From a virus (taxonomy: Duplodnaviria; Heunggongvirae; Uroviricota; Caudoviricetes), in IMG/VR virus record IMGVR_UViG_3300033489_000001, positions 62,023 through 126,022 of that record: 64,000 nt of DNA; one strand, 5' to 3'. Of the stretch, positions 20,829-28,512 are shown one piece after another. The notes below the pieces were generated by a model. It was given only the letters and a program-made list of their open reading frames with translations, was not told where the DNA came from and did not search any database. A program made the translations under genes and the position numbers. Each line of letters opens with the position of its first letter. The stretch's first letter is position 1.

Positions 20829-22391
20829 TTACCAACGTTTCGATTTCTGAGATACCTTCTTCTTAGAAAACTTTCCAGGTAGCGAAGCAATATCTCCCAC
20901 CGAAGGAGCAGCTTCAAGATACAAAGGGCTACCGTTAAAATCCACTACACTTGAAATCGTAATAGAGGCAGGGACTACTACGTTTGGAAGATCAAACGTA
21001 GTAGGAGGAGGGGAGAAAGGAACCACTACCTCCGTATCTCCATCCTCAGCTTCAAAGGAAGCCGCTATGTTGCTCTGAGCTTCATTAGAAAGAATCACAC
21101 CTGCGGTTTTGAGGTCACGATTTGCCGCCACACTATAGGTGCCACCCATGCCTCTAGTCGCCCCTCTGCTCATACTGGTCAAATACGAGGCATTACTTAC
21201 GTAAGCCGCCGAACTACCCATGCACGCACCTATATTATTAGCCACCGCACCAAGATCAACAAGACCTCTTGCTCCAATATGAGCTGAGACGGACTGCATT
21301 AATCCCGCTGCCTGAGCAAAGTTGCCTTGTTTGGCCTGTTCTTCAGCTTCAATTTGAGCCCGAACAATTTGAGCCAAGCCTACAATACGATCCAAAGCGG
21401 CGTCCGGAACTGTGTCCTGTTCCCCTTCTTTGACGAATTGAACTTTGACCTTCGCTTCTAATATCTTCCGTTCTTTACGAAGATTAGCATCCAAAATGTC
21501 ATAACCGAATTTCACATCGAATACATTAACGGCCCTGGGGAGAGCGCTCTTTTGGCTTTGAAGCTTAATGGCCAAAACCAAATTACGAGTTTCCTCTGAC
21601 AAAATGTCTGGTATCCTAATCGAAACCTGACCTAAGTCATCTTCATCAACGTCCACATCGGATACCACCTGAGTAATTTGGTGCCCAGCAAGCGGAGCTA
21701 TCTCTAGCACCAAGCCCGTAGCATAGGTGCTTAGAAGACCTCCTAACTCCTTCCCAAAAACTGAAAGAGCATCATCAGGGTTCTGCACAAAAGAGTAGTT
21801 TCCGTTACCGGACTTAGCTAAATTCAACAAGAAGTCCTGTTGGGCATCAAAGCCATACCCAAAAGCACTTACGCTGGCCCTCCCAATATTAGGTTTTACC
21901 AATGCAAGGATGTCTTTCGGTGTCTTTGCAGGCCCTTCATTCGCGGCTCCATCCGTAAAGAGAATCACCCGCAAAATCACCTCTATAGCTAAGTCCATGC
22001 TATTGACAATCCCAAACCCCTGCAAAAGAGCATCGGCTATGTTTGTAGAGGTACAGGCATGTAAGTCACCAACCTTACGTTTAAGGTCCTCTTTTGCCTC
22101 TTTGGTGCATCTTACCGGCTTTGCTACAACCTCAGCTACATTCGTAAATGTAACAAGACCGCAATAGTCATTAGCCGAAAGATGATCGATCAATTTAATC
22201 AACGACCGCTTCGCATACGCAAGCTTCTCCCCAGCCATCGAACCAGAAATATCCAAAAGAGGAATTATGCACAGCGGGGGCCTCTTATCCTCCACTGCCA
22301 CCGCCGGGGCTTGCAAATTCAGAACTAAATGCGCTTCGGTTTCTTGATTGAACTGGACTTTATTAAATGTGAGACTAGCATCAATTTTCAT
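20829..22391 (-). CDS. vWA domain protein (YfbK/inter-alpha-trypsin-inhibitor-like)
   Basis: MIDAS DISGS...T...TDG; FGYGFD; GNGNYSFV. Confidence 0.85.
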   Translation of the reverse strand: MKIDASLTFNKVQFNQETEAHLVLNLQAPAVAVEDKRPPLCIIPLLDISGSMAGEKLAYAKRSLIKLIDHLSANDYCGLVTFTNVAEVVAKPVRCTKEAKEDLKRKVGDLHACTSTNIADALLQGFGIVNSMDLAIEVILRVILFTDGAANEGPAKTPKDILALVKPNIGRASVSAFGYGFDAQQDFLLNLAKSGNGNYSFVQNPDDALSVFGKELGGLLSTYATGLVLEIAPLAGHQITQVVSDVDVDEDDLGQVSIRIPDILSEETRNLVLAIKLQSQKSALPRAVNVFDVKFGYDILDANLRKERKILEAKVKVQFVKEGEQDTVPDAALDRIVGLAQIVRAQIEAEEQAKQGNFAQAAGLMQSVSAHIGARGLVDLGAVANNIGACMGSSAAYVSNASYLTSMSRGATRGMGGTYSVAANRDLKTAGVILSNEAQSNIAASFEAEDGDTEVVVPFSPPPTTFDLPNVVVPASITISSVVDFNGSPLYLEAAPSVGDIASLPGKFSKKKVSQKSKRW

Positions 22392-22632
22392 AGCTTTGGT
22401 CCTTTCCCGTAGCCGTCTGGCCCAGCAAATTCAATGGTGCAGGTTGGACAACCTCAAACCAAAAAACCGCTAAGCATTTCGCAGAACGTCCACCGCTTCC
22501 CCAAACCCGAAGGCGCGGTCAGCGGCACGAGAGATCCAAAACCCAGGTTATTGAACGAAGGTGCGATCTCACGCTTCCATATCTACACCGGTACAAAAAG
22601 ATTCTTCCCTCAACCGGTGTAATTAAAAAGCA

Positions 22633-23112
22633 ATGAAAACCTCAAAAGCTAAGAGAGCCGCTCTAAAAAGATATTACTACTCGGAAACTGGGAAAGCTTT
22701 TAGAGAACAATACAAAGCCTCTGGAAAAAGAAAAGAGGTTAAGGATAAATACAAACAATCCAAAAAAGGTAGAGCTGCCATAAAGCGATACCGTTCTTCT
22801 GAGAAGCACAAAGACTACCGAAAAAAATGGAACAAAACTCCAACGGGTAAAGCCGTAAGGGCCAAAGCCTCCAAAAAAATACATGACCGAAAGCGTGCCA
22901 TCATTAGTGAAGAAAAACTAAAACGAGGGTGCGTTGATTGCGGATACAAAGGGCACCCCGCCGCCTTAGATTTTGATCATGTCAAAGGTAAGAAGTTGTT
23001 TAGTATGTCCCAAGCTGTAAGTCGCTCAATCAAAGCGATACGTGCAGAAATGGAAAAATGTGTGGTACGTTGTTCTAACTGTCATAGAATTAAGACTTTT
23101 GAAGATCGCTAA
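22633..23112 (+). CDS. HNH endonuclease (free-standing, probably homing)
   Basis: Basic N-terminal region then CVDCG...LDFDH...CSNCH. Confidence 0.8.
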   Translation: MKTSKAKRAALKRYYYSETGKAFREQYKASGKRKEVKDKYKQSKKGRAAIKRYRSSEKHKDYRKKWNKTPTGKAVRAKASKKIHDRKRAIISEEKLKRGCVDCGYKGHPAALDFDHVKGKKLFSMSQAVSRSIKAIRAEMEKCVVRCSNCHRIKTFEDR

Positions 23113-23213
23113 AAGACAAGGTAAGAAGGATCAAAAATTAAGAAAGCCACATAAGAACTCACCAATAGTGTAATTAAGCTTTTTAGACTCTGAATGCCTA
23201 CAAGGAGAAAACC

Positions 23214-25607
23214 ATGGAAATTGTTTGTTCCTACAAAATCAGTTCTGATCTTTATTTAGTCCGGCACCGCATAGATCAAAAAGAAACTCCTAAAAAAATT
23301 GATGTCCCTACCAACCATTTCTTGATAATCGATTGCAGCGGAAGCATGTCCTATGACCTCCCTAAAATCCGCGAACAACTCAAGAAGAAGCTGCCTAAAC
23401 TTCTCAAGGAGAAGGACACTATTACCATCATTTGGTTCAGCGGCCGGGGCCAATTTGGCACCTTATTGGAAGCTGAGCCCGTAGCTACCCTTGCAGACCT
23501 TAAAGATGTTGAACGAGCCATTGACAGATGGTTAAAACCAATAGGACTTACTGGTTTTCAAGAACCAATTGAAGAAGCTGGAAAGGTTCTTGACAGGGTG
23601 TCTAAAAAGCATCCAAAAAATGTTGGTAGTCTCCTATTCCTAAGCGATGGTTGTGATAATCAAGGCACTAGATCAAAGATATTAGATACCGTAAGTTTAG
23701 TGTCTCGTAAATTTTCCTCCTCCACATTCGTAGAGTATGGCTACTACGCCGATAGGCCCCTCCTTACCGCGATGGCTGAAAAATCCGGGGGAACGCTCAT
23801 CTTCGCTGAAGACTTTGACCGCTACGCTCCTACTTTTGAATCAGCCATTCAAAAGAAGCTATCTGGGGCTCCCCGCATTGAAGTCAAGCTTACGGAAACT
23901 CCTGTAGAAGGATTCGCCTTTGCTCGCTCTGACGGGGATCTTTTAACCTTTGCTGTTACTGAAAACACAATTCAAGTTCCGGCGGACTTACCCTGTATTT
24001 CCTACCTCACAAAATCCCCCAAAGATGAAGTCACAGATTTAGGTATGGGATCTCTTTTACAAACCCTGTCCCTAGGCATAATAGCAAAAGAGCACTCCGA
24101 TCCTAAATCCAAAGTAAGTGCAGATGAACAACCCATAAGGGACGCCTATGCAGCCTTGTCCCTCTATGCCATCCGGATGAAATCTAACATTGTCTTCCCT
24201 CTACTAAAGGCTTTGGGAGATATAAAGTTCATTGATCAATTCTCTACCTGTTTCGGAAAACAAGCCTATTCCGCTTTCCAAGAAGTGACTAAAGAGGCAG
24301 CCTTTGACGAGAAAAAACAGTGGGAAAAAGGATGGGATCCAAACAAAGTCCCGGCGGAAGATGCCTTTACCATTTTGGAATTAATGCAGCTCTTAGCCTC
24401 AGACGAAAACAATCGGGTACTACTTGATCACTCGTCCTTCAAGTACAACCGAATAGGGCGAGGACGCATAGATGCAAGCGACCAAATCACCGCCGACGAG
24501 CAAAAAGAGATACAAGAGTTAACAGTCAAGTTAGCTACTGAAAAGAAAGCCTCTAAAGCCAAAGAAATTTCTGATCGAATCGCTGAGATCACAAACAAGA
24601 AGACTCTAAAGTTTGAAGCTGATCCCGCTCCAGACGGGTATCCTATATCATCGCTCACTTTCAACGAGGACCGGCCCAATGTTTCATTTCTTGTTCGTAA
24701 GGCTGGGACGGTTGATCTTTCCGCTTGGATACCGGAAACACTCCAAGGAAAACTTCCGGCAAAATTCCCAACCTTTGTTTATCGAAACTATGCCGTAATC
24801 AAAGACGGCCTAGTCAACATTGATGTATTGCCAGTCAGGATTAAGGAAAACACTTACAAAGAAATCCTGTCAAAAACCTCCACAGAGGTCATAAACAGTG
24901 CAGTTGCTGATTCTCAGGGCTTCGTTGATACCGTTTTAAATCTTCGCTTACTTCCCGTGATCAATCGCAAAATGATCAAGGACGTGAGTGCCAAAACCTT
25001 CTTCCAAATCAAGTATACCCTGATTCAAGCGCAAGCCGAACAAAAGGTCTTTAACAGTTATTCCAAAGATCTTTTGCCTGATAAGAAATCGAAAAGCTTC
25101 TCCACTCAATACGGGGATGAAGCTACCGAATGGCTTAAAGAGCTAGGATTTACAGATTACTCCGGCTTTTCTCCTAAGAGCATTCAAGCTGAAGCAGTTG
25201 ACTTCTACATGGGGAAAGAGCTGAAAGTAAACCTAAAAGGACTTTCATCCCTGCCTAGTCTTAATGAACTTCGTAAACAAATTGCCAAGGGTAAGACCAA
25301 TACTGCCGGTAGCCTTATGGTTCCAACCTTCAACTTGGTTGAAGGATTCCTAACTAATGACATTTACAAGAATGCCGCTGATAAGGACGCCGTTCTAAAA
25401 GCCTGGTTAGAGGGTCAAACCAAGGCGGCTAAGACAAAGACCCGCGCTCTGATCTATCAGATTGCTCAAACAGTCTTTGTTTTAACAGTGGGTCAAATCT
25501 GGTTTAAAGAGTTTGCCACGCTCGATGACAACTCCTTGGATATAGATGTGGCCGGAACTACTATTCCTTGCAAAGCCGAGCTACGTGAGATCAAAATAAA
25601 GATCTAA
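23214..25607 (+). CDS. Large vWA domain protein
   Basis: MIDAS DCSGS...T...SDG in the N-terminal ~200 aa; C-terminal ~550 aa unrecognised. Confidence 0.8.
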   Translation: MEIVCSYKISSDLYLVRHRIDQKETPKKIDVPTNHFLIIDCSGSMSYDLPKIREQLKKKLPKLLKEKDTITIIWFSGRGQFGTLLEAEPVATLADLKDVERAIDRWLKPIGLTGFQEPIEEAGKVLDRVSKKHPKNVGSLLFLSDGCDNQGTRSKILDTVSLVSRKFSSSTFVEYGYYADRPLLTAMAEKSGGTLIFAEDFDRYAPTFESAIQKKLSGAPRIEVKLTETPVEGFAFARSDGDLLTFAVTENTIQVPADLPCISYLTKSPKDEVTDLGMGSLLQTLSLGIIAKEHSDPKSKVSADEQPIRDAYAALSLYAIRMKSNIVFPLLKALGDIKFIDQFSTCFGKQAYSAFQEVTKEAAFDEKKQWEKGWDPNKVPAEDAFTILELMQLLASDENNRVLLDHSSFKYNRIGRGRIDASDQITADEQKEIQELTVKLATEKKASKAKEISDRIAEITNKKTLKFEADPAPDGYPISSLTFNEDRPNVSFLVRKAGTVDLSAWIPETLQGKLPAKFPTFVYRNYAVIKDGLVNIDVLPVRIKENTYKEILSKTSTEVINSAVADSQGFVDTVLNLRLLPVINRKMIKDVSAKTFFQIKYTLIQAQAEQKVFNSYSKDLLPDKKSKSFSTQYGDEATEWLKELGFTDYSGFSPKSIQAEAVDFYMGKELKVNLKGLSSLPSLNELRKQIAKGKTNTAGSLMVPTFNLVEGFLTNDIYKNAADKDAVLKAWLEGQTKAAKTKTRALIYQIAQTVFVLTVGQIWFKEFATLDDNSLDIDVAGTTIPCKAELREIKIKI

Positions 25608-25622
25608 CCGGAACTAGAAATT

Positions 25623-25662
25623 AAAAAACCGGGCGAAGTATTGTCAGTCCAACTTCGTCCGG
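25623..25662 (-). terminator. Rho-independent terminator closing the tRNA-mimic RNA array
   Basis: 11-bp stem (25629-25639/25652-25662) followed on the minus strand by TTTTTT. Confidence 0.75.
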
Positions 25663-25699
25663 TCCCCTTACAGCAGCGGCTTTCTGCAATGGTTTCCCT

Positions 25700-25749
25700 C
25701 GGTGCTCTTGGCGGGAATCGAACCCACTAAGCTCCATCTGCTCAAGAAC
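25700..25749 (-). ncRNA. 50-nt mini-tRNA (acceptor stem + T arm only), copy 1
   Basis: GTTCTTG-15 nt-GTGGG TTCGATT CCCGC-CAAGAGC-ACCG. Confidence 0.65.
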
Positions 25750-25752
25750 ATA

Positions 25753-25906
25753 TTCTGCAACGTATCCGAGTACTAAACCTGTTTTAGCGTTTTGCTTGTA
25801 CCAAAAACAAGTGCCTTAACCACTAGGCTACTTCTCCCTTACGGGGGAAAGTTGGATTCGAACCAACGATTGCATGTAAGATTTAGCTGGTGGATACAAT
25901 GCAGAA
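25753..25906 (-). ncRNA. Circularly permuted tRNA-like RNA (YrlA/Y-RNA-like) A, with a Gln(UUG) anticodon arm
   Basis: Order: closing stem, T arm GTTGG TTCGAAT CCAAC, acceptor capped by C-GTAA-G, D arm GCC TAGTGGTTAA GGC, anticodon arm CTTGT TTTTGGT ACAAG, closing stem. Confidence 0.8.
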
Positions 25907-25912
25907 ATTTTT

Positions 25913-26036
25913 GAGGGCGTTCGAGGCGAAAAAGCAGGTTTTTTGCGACGGGATTCGGACCCGTTACAATCTGTTTATAGGACAGATGCTCTACCTATTG
26001 AGCTACGCTTGTATGCTTTCTCTGTTGAGCGTCCTC
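25913..26036 (-). ncRNA. Pseudo-tRNA-Ile(UAU) with a broken, extended acceptor stem
   Basis: D arm GCTC/GAGC, anticodon arm TCTGT CCTATAA ACAGA, T arm ACGGG TCCGAAT CCCGT; only 3 acceptor bp, then outer helices GAGAAAGCA/TGCTTTTTC and GAGGACG/CGCCCTC. Confidence 0.65.
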
Positions 26037-26085
26037 GGTGCCGGATCGTGGAGTCGAACCACGCTAAGCAACCTATTTGTCCGAC
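26036..26085 (-). ncRNA. 50-nt mini-tRNA (acceptor stem + T arm only), copy 2
   Basis: GTCGGAC-15 nt-CGTGG TTCGACT CCACG-ATCCGGC-ACCG. Confidence 0.65.
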
Positions 26086-26136
26086 AGTCCCACTCATTAA
26101 GAAGGTGGGCTTACTTTGATTGATGAACCTCAGGCT

Positions 26137-26164
26137 AATATACCAATCCAGAATATATTGTCAA
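26137..26164 (-). promoter_or_regulatory. Sigma70-type promoter inside the RNA array
   Basis: TTGACA-N16-TATATT with a TG extended -10. Confidence 0.6.
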
Positions 26165-26175
26165 CCAAAAATCAT

Positions 26176-26289
26176 TGCACCCGAGTAGATAAACCTGGTT
26201 TTGCCTTACCATTAGGCTATTTTTCCAGTTTATGGAGGAAAAAGTTGGAATTGAACCAACATGCATGTAAGGTTTATCTGGTGGGTGCA
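26176..26289 (-). ncRNA. Circularly permuted tRNA-like RNA (YrlA/Y-RNA-like) B
   Basis: TGCACCC/GGGTGCA and ATAAACCT/AGGTTTAT closing stems; T arm GTTGG TTCAATT CCAAC; capped acceptor TTTTTCC/GGAAAAA; D arm GCC TAATGGTAA GGC; no anticodon arm. Confidence 0.8.
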
Positions 26290-26290
26290 G

Positions 26291-26424
26291 TGGCGGGCTA
26301 TTCGGGAGTCGAACCCTATCTTGTAAGGACTAGCGGGGTGGTCCCTTTGAGAGGACCGAGAACTAATCCTGGTTAGTTGCCTTTTTATAATAAAGGTGAC
26401 GGAACCGACCGTCTGTTATAGCCC
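26291..26424 (-). ncRNA. 134-nt tRNA-like RNA, UAU anticodon, ~61-nt variable region, encoded CCA
   Basis: Perfect 7-bp acceptor GGGCTAT/ATAGCCC plus GCCA; D-like GACGG/CCGTC; CCTTT ATTATAA AAAGG arm; two extra hairpins; T loop TTCGACT. Confidence 0.7.
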
Positions 26425-26483
26425 CTTGTTTTCAAACAACGAAATCTACTTATAGCACCGATCCGAACAACAAACAACTTCTA

Positions 26484-26874
26484 TTACATTGCTGGTTCGG
26501 GATCTTCTCCTTCCAAGATTATCATCAGTTTTGGCCAAGCATCGGGGGAGATTTCATCTTCACACGGCTCTTGATTTTCGTTCTTCTTTTCCAGGTTACA
26601 CCCGACACCAAACCAATCAGAAGGTCAGTTTATCATGCGTTTCTGACCTTCCATTATAGCGGTCATTTCCTTGTGAAAGTCATCCTCAGTATACCCATGT
26701 TGGCTGCATACGGTACACGGCCAATGCGGTCCCCCATGTCCGTCACTCGGTTGAAATACAGCTCCAGGCTCAACTTGAGCGAACACATGAACCATCGGGG
26801 CATCCTCACGCTTCCATCCAACACTATATGATGCCCCTAACGATCGAAATACTTTGAGTTGAGGTTTTTTTCAT
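26484..26874 (-). pseudogene. Degraded or recoded small ORF (A7 frameshift after ATG, in-frame TGA at 26625-26627)
   Basis: Manual translation: (M)KKPQLKVFRS...CTVC...RMIN*PSDWFGVGC...EPAM*. Confidence 0.35.
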
Positions 26875-26890
26875 ACCCAAAACCAAACGA

Positions 26891-27499
26891 TCAGGTTCGT
26901 ATGAACCCGGCCGGATGAATTTCGAAACCAATCTTCTTCCCGTTCTTTAAAAACTCCTGAGCGGCCTTAGCCAAAAAAGCCGAGACCAAGCCAATAAAAG
27001 GGAGGAACTCTCCTCCAGCACAAGTAGCGGTTTCTCCGGCCACTTCGGAATCGATCGCAAAAGATTCATCCCAGACCACTCTTCCAAAGGAGCCACCAGC
27101 CGCCAGAGCCCCGTGAAGGCAAGGAGTTTTTGTCCTACGAGCAAAGCCTTGGACAAGCCTGCGAGCTTCCGCGTTATCTAGGCAATCGATAATCAAGTCA
27201 GACCCAGACAAAAGCTGGTTAGCATTATCCGAAGTCAACTTGTGTGGGACTCCAATAAGTTTTACCCCAAATAAGAACTGCATTGTCTGCTGTAGAGATA
27301 GAGTTTTATTCTTACCCACTCCTGGTTTTCCATGAAATTGTGAGAGAACATTTTTAGTCTCCACACGATCATAATCAATGATCCTTAGATTAACCTCGTT
27401 CCTCAGAAATTGAACGACGTGAGATCCTAAAGCTCCCACACCAACAATTGTAACTAGCTTTTCCACTATCAATCCCGAACTGGTATTAAAATTTGTCAA
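26891..27499 (-). CDS. E1/ThiF-family ubiquitin-like activating enzyme
   Basis: IVGVGALGS, DYDRVETKN, DCLDN..AR, candidate catalytic Cys in ATCAGG; no Zn-binding CxxC pairs. Confidence 0.88.
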   Translation of the reverse strand: MTNFNTSSGLIVEKLVTIVGVGALGSHVVQFLRNEVNLRIIDYDRVETKNVLSQFHGKPGVGKNKTLSLQQTMQFLFGVKLIGVPHKLTSDNANQLLSGSDLIIDCLDNAEARRLVQGFARRTKTPCLHGALAAGGSFGRVVWDESFAIDSEVAGETATCAGGEFLPFIGLVSAFLAKAAQEFLKNGKKIGFEIHPAGFIRT

Positions 27500-28512
27500 G
27501 TTAGATCATTCGCCCCGAAGATACAGTCCTTATATGTTTTTCCTCGTTTAATTAAACTTATAGCCGATGGGGATACTCCAAAAATACGAGCTATCCCATG
27601 ATTAGTAATGCCTCTTCTTATCAGGTTCTTAATTTTATAAATTTGATGTTCATTTAATTTCCTAACTCCAGTGGGTTTAGGAGATCTCACAAAAGCAAAC
27701 TTATATCTAAAGCAACCCAACATGAATGGATCTAGTATTTCTTTCAGACGAACAGCATCGGCTAACTTAGATAAAAGCAAAATTCTGTATCCTTTGCCAG
27801 TCTTACACATAGTAGGGGTTAAACCTAAATCTTTTCTAAAACGACAAAGAAGAAAATTTAGGTCTGCTTCAGAAAAAGCGCAGGTACTAAATGACAGTTG
27901 CCCTAATCTTGAATAAGAACCATCACCAAAAAACCATAGTGCCATGGTCAATGGAGTAAGTTGAAGGTCACTGGGAATAACTTTTTTGTCTCTAAGATAC
28001 CACCTCTTATTCTGTTCCCTAAGCTCCTTGTAAGTTGATGTACAAAGCCTCAATCCAGCAGAGGTCCTAAACGATTTTCCTCTGATTGATCCAAACCTAG
28101 AAGGATAAAAGCGCACAGAACTAACAACACCAATATCCCAAAATTTTGATTGAAGGTTATAGATCCATTCAGAATGAGTTATCTCTTGGTGTATCTGTAA
28201 TTGTCCTTTAGGCGTAATATGCCCATCTCCTAACAATAAACCGTCCACTGTTTCTATGAATTTTTTGTGGGTATTGAAGTTTAGATTTATTTCTTTATTT
28301 ATGTTTGACTTAAAAACTCCTTCTACTTGAAGTCTTTGAGTCACTGTATGTCTATTCACACCCAACCGACTAGCAATTACAGATGGGCTATTGCCAGCTA
28401 AGTAACTAACTACTATAGCCTCATTATCAAGCTTTAGCGAAGGGCGACTCACAAAAGATTCCAAAAGGCGTTTTTGGCCGAATTTGCAAAAGATTAAAGG
28501 GACGAGCTTCAT
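27496..28512 (-). CDS. Free-standing LAGLIDADG homing endonuclease with terminal HTH domains
   Basis: DGLLLGDGHI and ALWFFGDGS motifs; HTH-like segments at both ends; start uncertain (overlaps the Ubl 3' end). Confidence 0.85.
   Translation of the reverse strand: MKLVPLIFCKFGQKRLLESFVSRPSLKLDNEAIVVSYLAGNSPSVIASRLGVNRHTVTQRLQVEGVFKSNINKEINLNFNTHKKFIETVDGLLLGDGHITPKGQLQIHQEITHSEWIYNLQSKFWDIGVVSSVRFYPSRFGSIRGKSFRTSAGLRLCTSTYKELREQNKRWYLRDKKVIPSDLQLTPLTMALWFFGDGSYSRLGQLSFSTCAFSEADLNFLLCRFRKDLGLTPTMCKTGKGYRILLLSKLADAVRLKEILDPFMLGCFRYKFAFVRSPKPTGVRKLNEHQIYKIKNLIRRGITNHGIARIFGVSPSAISLIKRGKTYKDCIFGANDLT

Noticed and set aside
22392-22583. Riboswitch in the ~190-nt leader of the vWA gene
   Set aside because: GC-rich stems are possible, but I could not match any known riboswitch consensus by eye; an Rfam scan is needed.
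26339-26356. TCA (Sec/opal) anticodon in the GGTCC/GGACC hairpin
   Set aside because: The loop is 6 or 8 nt rather than 7, lacks U33, and the hairpin is not in the anticodon position.
26291-26424. tmRNA
   Set aside because: No G3:U70 pair, G discriminator, far too short and no tag reading frame.
25890-26831. Plus-strand ORFs 25890-26123, 26116-26376 and 26571-26831
   Set aside because: Antisense to the structured RNAs or the hidden minus-strand ORF; no protein-like motifs.
27496-28460. Intein or group I intron explanation for the LAGLIDADG ORF
   Set aside because: Different frame from Ubl and E1, no terminal HN motif, own stop codon, and no non-coding space for a ribozyme core.
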